From assembly GCF_001194135.2 (NCBI RefSeq), contig NC_068981.1, positions 169,576,160 to 169,615,543 of the forward strand: a stretch of 39,384 nucleotides of DNA. Reading direction: 5' to 3'. The translations under genes and the position numbers were made by a program. Shown here one piece after another: positions 12,311 through 24,649 of the stretch. Below the pieces are notes generated by a model that searched no databases, was not told where the DNA came from, and saw only the letters and a list, made by a program, of their open reading frames with translations. Source of the stretch: Octopus bimaculoides (lineage: Eukaryota). The number at the start of each line of letters is the position of its first letter. Position 1 is the first letter of the stretch.

Positions 12311-12432
12311 ATCTGCCTGACCACCTTAATATTTAAAGGATAAGGAACAAAACAAGGTGCTTTCCTTCACATCTTTACAACTAAGTAGGTGGCCGCTCAA
12401 AATTTATTCCAAATTTCAAAGTGAGAGAGAGC

Positions 12433-12465
<33 letters not shown>

Positions 12466-12576
12466 CATGCATGCATACGCATAAATGTACATATATAAAT
12501 ACATATATATATATATACACACACATAGACACACACATACACACACGCACAATTACCATACATATGTAATTATACA

Positions 12577-13787
12577 TAGGTTGTTTCACATGAAATGTCG
12601 TATTTGAAAGGTAATAATAAAATATTTCAGACGTGTTAGAGAACTGATTTATTTAATCAAAGTATGATCCATGTTCATTTATGACATTTACCTAACGATT
12701 CTCTATGTCATATATTCCATCTCTAAATAAAAAAAAATCAACTTTTGTTGTGATAAACTGTCCAAAGGCTTCAAATACGTCTTCTCTATTTCAGAATACT
12801 ATATTGCTTATGAAGAGCTCGCAATGTGTAAATAAGTGAGGATCGGTAGGAGAAATATAAGGGGAATAGGGACGATGTTGCAAAATCTCGTAATTCAGGC
12901 TTTGCAGCTTTTGGACTGCGGCTTGGACGTGCATTGTCGTGGAGCAAAATTGGGCCATCTCTATTCACTAGTATGGGTTGCTTCTTTTTCAAATTCTCAT
13001 GCATAGAATCAATTTCCTGGCAATGCGATGTTGCTGTTAGCGATTTCTGTGTGGCAAAAATAAATAATGAATAACTCACTTCGCAGACGACCATACAGTG
13101 ACCACTAACGTTTTAGGGTGTAATGGTGAGTTTGGGTAGTGTTTAGATAACTCTCCTACATCTAATCACTGTCCTGTTCTCATGCTGTTGTCAAAGAGTA
13201 TCTATTTCTCATCACAAGTAATGATATGATGCAAAATTGGTCTTTTTCCAGTCGAGTAAGCTATAAGGAGCACACTTCGAGGAGTTTGTATTTTTTAAAA
13301 TCTCGTTCAGTTGATGTGGAACAAGCCTATCTATTTTCTTGACATTTCCGATTTTTTTACAGTTGTATGAGATGTTTGGAGATTTGATGAAAGTTTTCGA
13401 ACCTTTGTTCTCGGATTTGTTCAACCAAAGCATTTAATCCATCATGCCAAATAACTAATTTTTGGCTACTCCTTGATTTATTTTCAAGGCTATCTTGGAA
13501 CCATCTCTATCCCCAGTTCGATGTCAACAAGACTACTACCAAGGGCTCACTTGATATTCCGTAGAACAACTGCGGCAGGGTGACTCAGTTTGTACTCATA
13601 CGAGAAAATCACTTAACTTAGTTTGATTGTTATGAATTTCGTAAAGTCTGTGGGTACGAATTTTGTATACCAGTTTTGTTGGGAAAGAAAAAGAGTCAAA
13701 ATTAAATGCAAGGTATACATAAACGAGTTTTTAAATGAATGAAATAATAAGTAATTAAAAATGTGACATTTCATGTGAAACAACCTA
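12577..13787 (-). mobile_element. Near full-length mariner transposon (1211 bp) with a pseudogenised transposase
   Basis: Perfect 23-bp TIR TAGGTTGTTTCACATGAAATGTC (12577-12599 / 13765-13787); TA at 13789-13790. Peptides IGNVKKIDRLVPHQLNE (WVPH motif) and NRDGPILLHDNARP. Confidence 0.93.
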
Positions 13788-14428
13788 ATACATACCCACA
13801 CACACAGATATTTGAATTACGACTGGTTTAATGCTGAGCTTTCTATGAACTGCAGGATTGCAGTTTCTAAATTTTGTGCCGAATTGAATATCCAATGTAT
13901 AAGTCCTTAAATACTTGAGGACATGAATTTGCCATTTAAATATAGGCATTAATGATGTTCTGAAACTGAGGATTCATGAAAAGTTATGTTAGCAAGCATT
14001 GGAAAAATTCGTAAGTGGTTCGAGATAATACATTATTGCTTATAAACTTACACGTACATAGCGATTAAAAATATCGTACTGGAAAATTTTAAATACAGGC
14101 GTGACCAAACTTATATCGGAAGTACATAAATAACTTCGAAAGATATCCAGTTATATTTCTGGTGACACTAAATAAGCTTCTGAATTACAGCTATCCAAAC
14201 ATTCGTCTGTTATTTCGGGTCATGTAGGTACTGAAGAACTGAGAAACAAATCATTACCTGAATAGAATACTTGTCTATGGAAAGTATCATCTCACGCAGT
14301 AAGAAATTAATTCTCTGGCTACTTATGAATGAAATGAATTATTCGCCAGTCCCCATTTGTCTACATCGCTGAATTATGTCACCCTGCGTAACGTATTTAT
14401 ATATGGAAGTATGCGCCTTTGTTCACAG

Positions 14429-14475
<47 letters not shown>

Positions 14476-15814
14476 NNNNNNNNNNNNNNNNNNNNNNNNN
14501 NNNNNNNNNNNNNNNNNNNNNNNNNNNNNNNNNNNNNNNNNNNNNNNNNNNNNNNNNNNNNNNNNNNNNNNNNNNNNNNNNNNNNNNNNNNNNNNNNNNN
14601 NNNNNNNNNNNNNNNNNNNNNNNNNATGCTGGAAATGATTGTGTAGTGAGAGGATAGGAAAATGTATTTATTGATAGACGGAAAGCTAAGCATAATATTA
14701 TCTAAGTAATGAAAGGTTCTTTTAAAATGTATCTCTTAAAGGAATGTTTTAAAATACAATAAATTCCAGGTTTTAGAGATGGTAATGTTGGTCTTTTGAA
14801 ATGATATAATAGTTTATAATTGTACAAGGTTGAAACATTTCCCGTAAACATACCTTACATGAAGAAGAACAAAACTTCCTTTGGTGCCCTGCATTGTGTA
14901 ATGTTCTTCTGGTTTGCATGGAATCAATATAAATGTATTCACTTGTGGAATCATCGTTTAACATCTGACGTGCACACCCAGAGTTTAGAATCTTCTGTAT
15001 CAATGAAACCAAGGGTCATGAAGGATAATGATCAGCAATGATGTAAAAGGGCTTTTCAAATAAAGAAACACTAGCAATTCATATATCTGTTTGCTGTCCT
15101 TTAAAAGACACAAATCTCGGTGCTTACAGTTAGAATGTAATTGAAACTAGTTCTAAACACCAGCAGGTGTAATAGCAATGCTGGTGCAATACCGAATGGT
15201 TTTAATCAGTATGAAGAATGACTAAACTTCAAAGTCAGAGAAATATTTTCCTCATGCTTTTTCGCATTCTAAAAGTGAACAATAGATTATGCTGAAATGT
15301 TATGTTTACGATTTAACTTTAAATAGTATTTTCCTTTTCTATTTTTTGTACAATTTTATTTTTACTTGAGCAATGACTGAATCAGATACTTTTACCTTGA
15401 TCAGCCCTAGGCAAGTATCATCCTAATCATGATAAAGCAGCGCTGGTTTTCTTTGTTTTATTTTAACTACAGTTCAATCAAACCGTGAATAGTTGTAAGA
15501 CGACTGACTATACGATGTCAGTAGTGGTAATGGAGATAGACGCAATAATGATGCTCTTGGCAGTGATTAATTGAACAGCTTTCCTGGAATGTCATTCCTG
15601 AAAATAATATAGTGAATCCTTTAAATATTTTTTTCTTTCTTCTTGCTTCTTCTATTAGCACAGCATGTCGTTTCAAATTTAAATCAAATTCACGGAGCAA
15701 GAATGCTGATTCCTTGATAGACCATCACACTAGAAATATTACTGGACTACGTTAGCTCACAATTATTGATTTCTTACTTATGCATAAGACACATCCTTAA
15801 ATAGTGGTATATTA

Positions 15815-15900
15815 TTATCCAATCGATCCCAAATAGATAACTGGTAGATATTTAATTTATTTCGGGAGAAAGAATTGTAAACTTGACCAGGTGGTATTGA
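15815..15900 (-). mobile_element. Old fragment of SINE family A
   Basis: Aligns by eye to the reverse complement of the central part of the copy at 32812-33030. Confidence 0.4.
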
Positions 15901-17244
15901 TGTAAACAAGAAGCTTATTTTTGCTTAAAATGTTTACCTCTGTGCTATGTTATTAACGGCGTCAACTTAAAGCTGAGATTATTAAATCTGTAGGCTTCGA
16001 TAATGCGATAAATTCAATAAATGTTTAAAATTCTAAATTATTTCTATTAAAAGGTGTATTTTCAATATTTCCCAAGTTAACATGGACAATTGACCAATAT
16101 TAATAAATGTACTTATAGTTACTCAAATTTCAGTTCAATCATTTTGTTCCATATATTTCTTCAGAAATAGTTTCTTTTAGTGTTTTGTTTTGGGTCGGAG
16201 CACGAGAGTGTACGTGTCAGTAAAATGCTTGCAACGAAATGACCTCAAACCTTTTATTCAGCAATCTGTTCTCAATAAATCTATGTTTAATCTATAAATT
16301 TTAAGTTTACTCATAAATATGAAATGCTTTATAATTAGCATGACAAGAATAATGCATGCGTTTTGTGGCACGAAGTATTGTTTACTAGTAGTGGAGAGAA
16401 GCATATAAAATGATTTATAAGATTTATAGATGAACGAACTAGAATTATGCTTCTATTAATATCTTTATGTCTTTACTGAAGGTTGGTAGATACAATGGAG
16501 GAACATTAATTTTGAAATTATGCTAGTTAAACAGCCCTTCTGCATTTTTATACTAAATCATTTGTGGCGAGAATTCCCACTATAGTCTTAATAACAGCAA
16601 AATTTCCTACTTCAAAATTTTGCTGTTATTAACAAATCTCCATCAAATTAAGCAATATCAGATGGAGTTGGATCTAACGACCACAAAAACAACTACAATT
16701 GCGAGGACAGCAGCGGCTGTGGCAGCAGTGAAGAGAATGATAACTCATCAACTCATAATTTCTTTAATAACTGCACTTTAATGTAATCTGTCCTTGTAAT
16801 CAAACAACGACTGCTTATGATATGAAAATAATTCTGTATCATGAAATATTTCCATTCATCTCAAGCATACCTAACTAACTCGGATTGTACCATAAATCTC
16901 CCTGTAAATAGTCAAAACTGAACAGAAGAATACGTAAAGTACCAGTGGATAAATGAAACTAGATCATGGTCAGCGCATTGAAATAATTAAGGTTGAAGTT
17001 GACAACAAATGTTTTTGAAGTTCTATCTGACATCACATATGAATATTATCTGCCTTTGTTGAATGATCGTGGTCTTAAAATAGTTTCAGATGAATATTTA
17101 AAAAGACGTATGAAAATTAGCACATCAATAACATTGTTCAGCGTGAAGATATTGTTTCACAATCAGCATTTAAAATATAGAACTGAAAAGAAAGATAATA
17201 CATTATTAATACTTGTGTAGAGATATCTTTTATCTTTTATATTT

Positions 17245-17605
17245 TAATTGTTTTGGTCATTAGACTGCAGCCATGCAGTAGTCGCGGCCTAAAGAATTTT
17301 TGGTCGAAGGAATCGACCCCGAGACTTATTTTTAAAGCCTTCTACTCATTCTATCGGTGGTGGTGAACAAACACAAGCAAAAACACACACACACGCGCGC
17401 GCACACACACACGTACATATCTATGCATATATAATACGACGGGCTTCTTTCAGTTTCCGTCTACCAAATCTACTCACAAAATTTGCTCGGCCCGAACCGA
17501 GATTATAGTAGAAAACATATACACATACTGAAAGTGTCACGCAGTGGAGCTAAACCTGGAACCATGTGATTGGGAAGCAAACCAGTCACCACACAACTAC
17601 GCCTG
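17245..17605 (-). mobile_element. tRNA-headed SINE family B with internal (CA)n
   Basis: Shares head, ...ATAGTAG... core and TTCTATCG body with the copy at 35485-35772. A/B-box-like head at the 17605 end. Confidence 0.8.
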
Positions 17606-18220
17606 AAACTACATGGTGAGAAATATACGAAACAAAAATGAAGATGGAGAGGGGAAAGAGAAGAAACAAATTGAAAGAAGTGAGGAAGTCATAAGTAAAG
17701 AGGGAATGAAGAAAGTAAGCAAACAAAAATTGAGTGGAAAATTCCGTAACTGAAACTTATAAACAAACGAAATTTAGAGAGATATTTGTCTCAATATTTA
17801 AAGTGCTTAATAACATTTTGTAGTTTGAATCAGTAGTGAACACATGAATCAACAGTATCTTTGAGATGATTCTCACCAACACTGACGTTTCTAATTGTAA
17901 CTATTTCATTAAACTTGAATTTTCATTTTGTTCCTGTAACAAAATAAATGGTGAATAATCGTCGTTTCCACACTATCGTAATCCTATTTTTAAATTCTGT
18001 GTTTAAGGTGGAGTATGCTTGATATAATAAAGCAGTAGATTCATCTTCTCCGTTTCTGGTTTCAACTCAAAAAGCTTCAACTTAACATTTGATCCACTTC
18101 AGTTGCTAACTAGGTAGAATGATATTTTGATTAAAGTCCGTCCATTTAAAAAACAAAAAACAAAAAAATGTTATTATTTCTTTATAAATAAGTCTTCTAT
18201 ATTTCAATACATCATTGCAT

Positions 18221-18342
18221 AGATTGATTATCATGTACTATATTAATCTCTGTATTGTTAATTTATATAAACGGGCCAAACAGAAAATGTTACACACACA
18301 CATACATAACTACATAGATACATAGCTACATACATACATACA

Positions 18343-18376
<34 letters not shown>

Positions 18377-18729
18377 CATACATACATATATATTTGTTAA
18401 AAAAGATATCCGCTATATCTACTACATCGGAAATCTGCAATAGATCCATAGTTCCATAAGTCCCGGCTCGGTTACAAACTGGTAACCCTAGTAATCCGTT
18501 ACAACACATACCCAGGATGCATACGTATTCGTTTATATCACCTGTGATCTAAACCTCCATATTTTGTGTGTGTGTGTGTAAGGGCGTGTATATATATNNN
18601 NNNNNNNAGATTGATTATCATGTACTATATTAATCTCTGTATTGTTAATTTATATAAACGGGCCAAACAGAAAATGTTACACACACACATACATAACTAC
18701 ATAGATACATAGCTACATACATACATACA

Positions 18730-18763
<34 letters not shown>

Positions 18764-18845
18764 CATACATACATATATATTTGTTAAAAAAGATATCCGC
18801 TATATCTACTACATCGGAAATCTGCAATAGATCCATAGTTCCATA
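18221..18845 (+). repeat. Exact 238-bp direct duplication (18221-18458 = 18608-18845)
   Basis: The copies are identical, including (TACA)n length. The second copy is a tiny contig between two gaps. Confidence 0.93.
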
Positions 18846-21800
18846 NNNNNNNNNNNNNNNNNNNNNNNNNNNNNNNNNNNNNNNNNNNNNNNNNNNNNNN
18901 NNNNNNNNNNNNNNNNNNNNNNNNNNNNNNNNNNNNNNNNNNNNNNNNNNNNNNNNNNNNNNNNNNNNNNNNNNNNNNNNNNNNNNNNNNNNNNNNNNNN
19001 NNNNNNNNNNNNNNNNNNNNNNNNNNNNNNNNNNNNNNNNNNNNNNNNNNNNNNNNNNNNNNNNNNNNNNNNNNNNNNNNNNNNNNNNNNNNNNNNNNNN
19101 NNNNNNNNNNNNNNNNNNNNNNNNNNNNNNNNNNNNNNNNNNNNNNNNNNNNNNNNNNNNNNNNNNNNNNNNNNNNNNNNNNNNNNNNNNNNNNNNNNNN
19201 NNNNNNNNNNNNNNNNNNNNNNNNNNNNNNNNNNNNNNNNNNNNNNNNNNNNNNNNNNNNNNNNNNNNNNNNNNNNNNNNNNNNNNNNNNNNNNNNNNNN
19301 NNNNNNNNNNNNNNNNNNNNNNNNNNNNNNNNNNNNNNNNNNNNNNNNNNNNNNNNNNNNNNNNNNNNNNNNNNNNNNNNNNNNNNNNNNNNNNNNNNNN
19401 NNNNNNNNNNNNNNNNNNNNNNNNNNNNNNNNNNNNNNNNNNNNNNNNNNNNNNNNNNNNNNNNNNNNNNNNNNNNNNNNNNNNNNNNNNNNNNNNNNNN
19501 NNNNNNNNNNNNNNNNNNNNNNNNNNNNNNNNNNNNNNNNNNNNNNNNNNNNNNNNNNNNNNNNNNNNNNNNNNNNNNNNNNNNNNNNNNNNNNNNNNNN
19601 NNNNNNNNNNNNNNNNNNNNNNNNNNNNNNNNNNNNNNNNNNNNNNNNNNNNNNNNNNNNNNNNNNNNNNNNNNNNNNNNNNNNNNNNNNNNNNNNNNNN
19701 NNNNNNNNNNNNNNNNNNNNNNNNNNNNNNNNNNNNNNNNNNNNNNNNNNNNNNNNNNNNNNNNNNNNNNNNNNNNNNNNNNNNNNNNNNNNNNNNNNNN
19801 NNNNNNNNNNNNNNNNATATGTGTGTGTGTGTATGTGTGTGTGTGTGTGTGTGTGTATGTGTGCGTGTGTGTACAGATAGGCACATACAAATGAATACTT
19901 ACTTTCACGAGAGACATATGTATATGAATATAAGTATAAGTATTTATTATTAAATTAATTGAAATTTGTTGTGTAGCATATATATTTTTAAAGCAAATAA
20001 CCTTAAACAAAAACAGTGTAAAAAGCATGAATTCTTCTGAAATGTTATATTTCTTATAGGATGTGATATTTAATGCATTGGCATGATTTCTATTTTGGTT
20101 AATATATTAGTTATCATATAAATGTAATAAATTTAAACTTTATTTTGTAATTGTTTTCACTGTTTTGTTGCATTTCAATTACTTTTGTTTCTTTCGTCCG
20201 ATAATGAAAGATCGATTAAATCATTGAAAAATAAAATTTGAACGAGGAAAAACAAAAAATTTTCAGAGAAAATATGTGAAATATAAGGAAGCACTTCTTA
20301 TATTCTCAGTTATAAGTATACACCGATTGCATTCACGTACACATGCATACATACATACACATGCATACATACATACACATGCAGACATACATACGCATAT
20401 ACACATATATTAGAAATCTTTGATATGTTCCATAATTTGCAATGTTTTGTACTTTAGAAAATGCTATTTTTCCGTAATCTTGTCTTTTTTTTTCAGCCTC
20501 TCTAGCAGACGCGCATAACTCCATTATCGATCTCTTGTTTTTGTTTGCTTTTACTTAATGTTTTGCATAATAGTAAATCAAAAAGAATTAACAAAAAGAA
20601 AGAATAATAATATAAGGAAATCTTTATAAAATGCTATCAAAGAAGAAATATTATGTAAAAAAACAAAAATCCCTACTGGTTTGATGATTCCATGCTATGA
20701 ACGAAATATTGACCAATGTTATCATTTACAATATTTAGACAATCAGCACCTAATAATATAACTCGCGAGAACATATTCTACAGTATAATGCACATGTCAC
20801 ATATATTCAATACAGTTAATACATAGTTTTATAATACAATGTATACGACTGGCATTCTAAATAATTACTAATCCTAATCATAATACAAGCAGCCTGGCAT
20901 ATATTTTTATACAAGTCCCGCACGGCGTATGTTCTAAGCAATCGCCACTCACATTCTGCTCTATAGCTACACAAAATAATAATGAAACTAGTAGACATGT
21001 GGCCTGTTGCTGCTGGAATGCAAACTTATTTACGTTCATCAACTCCACCTAAGTCGACTGGGCTACATCCAATCAGAGAAACGTCATTGATGATATTTTT
21101 CAAACCATTCATGAAATGTATTTTAAAACGTTATACAATCTACACGACATGTTCTACGCAAATTCCTTCCAATATTATAACAGTCTTGTTGATATCCATT
21201 CTATATGATGTTTTACCCATTAATATTTCACACCTTGCAGAACATATATTTTACACAATTGCTACGGACAACATATGTTTTACATAGTCACCACATATTG
21301 GAATACTGTCTACAAGACATATTCTTTCCAACCATGAATTTGTGAAATATCTAATTCACATAATTCATAATCTATAAAGTCACTTCATAATATAAACTTT
21401 TGCAGTCATTTCCTCCGTTTGTCATTCAATTTTATAATCGGGTCATTCAAAGTCGCCAAAAATATTAGCGCCATGAAGTTAGTCATTCGAATTCGTTTTT
21501 CGATCATTCAATTTCGCACTTTGGTCAAAGATTTTCGCAATTACATCATTTAAATTTAAATGCTAGGAAGCGTTTTTTCGAGCATTCAAATTCGTTTAGG
21601 TGGTATCTGTTTAACACTTCGAGCAATCAAATTAGCACGATAGCTGTTTTGGTTTCATCTCATGATCATTGTTTTCATAATCATGTGTTTTCATCTATTG
21701 TTTATGCTTTAAGCACTCTATCGTGTCTTTTCTATATCCCATGTCTTTTCTATATATTCTTTTTTTTTGCATAGGCAGATGTATTTATTGTTAAAGACTT

Positions 21801-22046
21801 CATGAAATCGCATTCGAGCCTTTTCAGTCTTTTTAAAGAAACTCACAATTACAACAAATGCTCATTTTCTTTGTTTTCAATACATTATAATGTGATATGT
21901 GTTCTTCCCTGCATAATATGTCTTGTTGGGAAAAGTATATATTTCTTTCATTTTACATTTTTGTTCTTTCGTCGGGGTAAGCTTTTATGTACACTAAGAT
22001 AATTATTGATTTACAATCTTGATAAGGAAAGTTCGTTTGATAGGAT

Positions 22047-22566
22047 TTAGTTGTTTATTTCCTGGCGGTCGCGGCATCTCCGGACTTAAGTCTGGACGTG
22101 TCTATACCAAAGAACAGAATTTTCTGGACTGATAGCGTCGATGTTACACCTTGCAACCTGTTGTATTACACGTACTCACCATACTTCCATGGTCATGCCG
22201 GCTTCTTCTGCAGCTACCCGGTCGCCAACCCTTTGCTACAACTCAGCTCGAGTGAAGTCCCGCTTCACATCGCCTTAAAATTAGAATGCGCCATTTCCGT
22301 ACAATTAAGAAATGGCGAGTAGGGAGGCTGAAGTTTCAGGCTAATCCGCGGTCGGCGTGAGCTGGGAGCTCGGAGCGAACGTGTGGCCGCGCATTGTCGT
22401 AGATCAAATAGACGTATTCATCTGCTGGGAACATGTCGGCACACGCTCGAACTGATCCCGCCAAGAACTCCTCGAAAGAGTTTTGTGTAACGGAATCGTT
22501 CTTAATAGGGTGGTGAATCAGGCCGATTTATCCCGACACCTCGTGGCTCCATGATTGTGAGCTGGT
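22047..22566 (-). pseudogene. C-terminal half of a DDE (IS630/Tc1-like) transposase
   Basis: IGLIHH..NDSVTQNSFEEFL...YLIYDNARPH...(frameshift)...LQPPYSPFLNCTE...WYRHVQT; D-to-E spacing about 33 residues; stop at 22047-22049. Confidence 0.88.
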
Positions 22567-22633
22567 TTAAGAGAAAGGGCTATAATATGTAACTGATACC
22601 GACCGGTTACGAATGTTGCAATGAAAATGACTT

Positions 22634-24010
22634 CGCTTTTTTATTATCCATACGGACTAACAAAGAAGGGCCAATACAACAAATGCGAAAAATGAAACGC
22701 ATGATACAATGAAAAATTGAAAATAAGAGATGGAAATGACGTTACTTGCCCCACCAAGTGACATCACTTACTTGCCTGTACCTCTGTGTTCTATTATATC
22801 CAGTCCATAATGTATTTTTAGTTCCCTATATGCTATAGATTTTGGCAATTTATTCATACCATAGATCACTTTCCATACCTCGCATCCTCCTTTGTATCCT
22901 TTTATATCGTTCATTTGCTGTTCAGTTATTAATAAGCATGTATGTTCACCGCCACTACACTCCTTATTCTCTACTCCAACATATACTGAATCTTCCCATC
23001 CTAACACTGTTTCGACCAGCTCATCATTTGCTTCCTCATATAACACACACGCATAACAACCAGTGGGGGGGGGGGGGTTGTGAATTCCTGTGTGTAATAT
23101 CGCTTCTTTTCTGTTTTTGTGTTGGAGGGGAGTCGGAAAGTTTATTATCTGCAGGGAGAGGGTTGGGCGAAGACGGTATGGGTGGTCATTGGGTAGTTGT
23201 GCGGTGAGGTTCTGCATGCGTTGGACTTAGCTTCTTTCTCTTCCTTTTTTCTTTTTCCGGTGGTTTCCCATTCTTTCTCTGTTATTTCTTCTTCCGCTTC
23301 TACTGGTATCATTCTATTTTCTTTTAGTCCTTCCTGGCGTTCCTCCTGTGGCTCCTCCTGGGGTTCTTTCTCTTGCAGTCTTTAATTTCTTTGATCGGTG
23401 GAGGGCATTGCGCTCTTAAATGGCCCTTCAGGCCACATTTAAAACAGCAAGGGATTCTGCCCTCCACCCACATTCTCAAGCTTATGTCTCCTACAGTCAC
23501 TGTCTCTGCGAGATTTTGTAGGGTATCTGCCTCAGCTGAATAATAAGCTCCAATGATTTTCCTTTCCAAATCCCCTCCCCTCTTCCGTTTCCATGGCTTG
23601 GAGAACGGCAACCTTCTCCTCCCTTCCAAGGACAGCTGCCGCAACCCAAGCCACATCTATGTCTGGCGGGATTCCCTCTACCCTGATCTTGGATGTCCTT
23701 CCAAGATACATGTGTAGAAGGACTACTTTATCCGATTTCACCGTGTTTACGGCCAGCCTCTTCACTACTACCTCCGTCTTGAACTGGGCTATTACCTTTC
23801 TGTATTTGTTTCCTCTTGTTAAAACACCATATCTTTTGATACTGCACACAACACCTCGATTATTTCAGCTTCTACCTGATCCACCTGTTTCTGTTCCACT
23901 GAATAAACAATCGTTTATATACAATCGTCTTTTTCCTCATCTCCTCCATAACTTTCTATGGAGGCGACAACTTTACGTCACCACCTAATTGCTGTGCCAT
24001 GTTTTGAAAT
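22634..24010 (-). mobile_element. ORF1-only non-autonomous non-LTR retroelement (HAL1-like), 1377 bp, flanked by an 18-bp TSD
   Basis: TSD TTGCAATGAAAATGACTT (22616-22633) vs TTACAATGAAAAAGACTT (24011-24028), 16/18 identical. ATG at 24000, stop at 22768, AATAAA at 22640-22645. No room for ORF2. Confidence 0.8.
22768..24000 (-). pseudogene. LINE ORF1/gag-like nucleic-acid-binding protein, ~410 codons, with several frameshifts and at least one stop
   Basis: MAQQLGGDVKLSPP..., CCHC knuckle CFKCGLKGHLRAQC (23405-23446), acidic linker, basic WETTGKRKRKRKKLSP, and a C-terminal ~95-aa domain CYACVLYEE...IEHRGTGK. Confidence 0.8.
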
Positions 24011-24649
24011 TTACAATGAAAAAGACTTTTCTGGACAGAAGAATCACATACTTTATATCTTCATTGTAGCTATAACAACATAATAAAATTTGCATGACAA
24101 AACGTCATTTAAATTTACCGTTTTAACATTCTCTTCTTAGAATGTGAATAAAACCACACATGTAAAATTAGTTCTAAATTGAATGAAGTTATTCCGAACT
24201 CGAATGCTCACGTGTGAATTAGAATGCTCGAAAAGACGATTCCTCGCATTCCCACTAATTTGAATGCTTTCGACGGGCATGTTAATCTGAATGATGCAAA
24301 TGCTAAATTATTTGATCGAAGTGCAAAATTGAATGGTCAAAAGACAAATTTGAATAACTAACTTCATGGCGCTAATTGTTTCATGATTTTGAATGGCCTG
24401 GTTATCAAATTGAATGGCAAACGCAGGAAAATGACTGCAAACACCTATATTCATAGCAACACTACCGCACGACTTCTCTTTCTCAATGAAACACAAAATA
24501 AACGGACATAACTAGAACAGCACAAATGAAATAAATTAGATACAACACACAAACGTCATCTGGCATCTGTTAAACTGTTCCTGATATAAGAACATATGGG
24601 TAATTTGGCAGAAAGGATTAATGATTAAATATAACACATCGTTTGGCTA

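Larger units (their letters stand above)
21395..24445 (-). mobile_element. IS630/Tc1/mariner-superfamily DNA transposon derivative with ~200-bp imperfect TIRs, carrying a nested retroelement
   Basis: Left arm ~21399-21595 and right arm ~24214-24443 are reverse-complementary. Both start TTTGCAGTCATT and share TTAGCGCCATGAAGTTAG. TATA flanks both ends. A DDE transposase remnant lies inside. Confidence 0.85.

Noticed and set aside
13964-14250. CTGAGGA-TTCAT-GAAA (~13964) and CTGAAGA-ACTGA-GAAA (~14232)
   Set aside because: No pairing for stems I-III; chance matches in AT-rich DNA.
14767-14795. Possible terminal exon (G)FRDGNVGLLK* on +, and a nearby HPEFRIF peptide resembling AAA+ proteins
   Set aside because: Poor polypyrimidine tract. 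The HPEFRIF frame has a stop just upstream and is too short to be meaningful.
18470-18492. GGTTAC/GTAACC hairpin followed by CTAG|T as a Helitron 3' end
   Set aside because: Only 6 bp, directly abutting CTAG rather than ~10 nt upstream; no 5' end or second independent copy.
18384-18540. Minus-strand peptides GDINEYVC.. and WNYGSIADFRC.. as EGF or sushi exons
   Set aside because: Cysteine spacing does not fit, the frames are interrupted, and there is no splice donor.
20820-21340. Possible hAT or other transposase remnant
   Set aside because: No convincing motif in any frame by eye.
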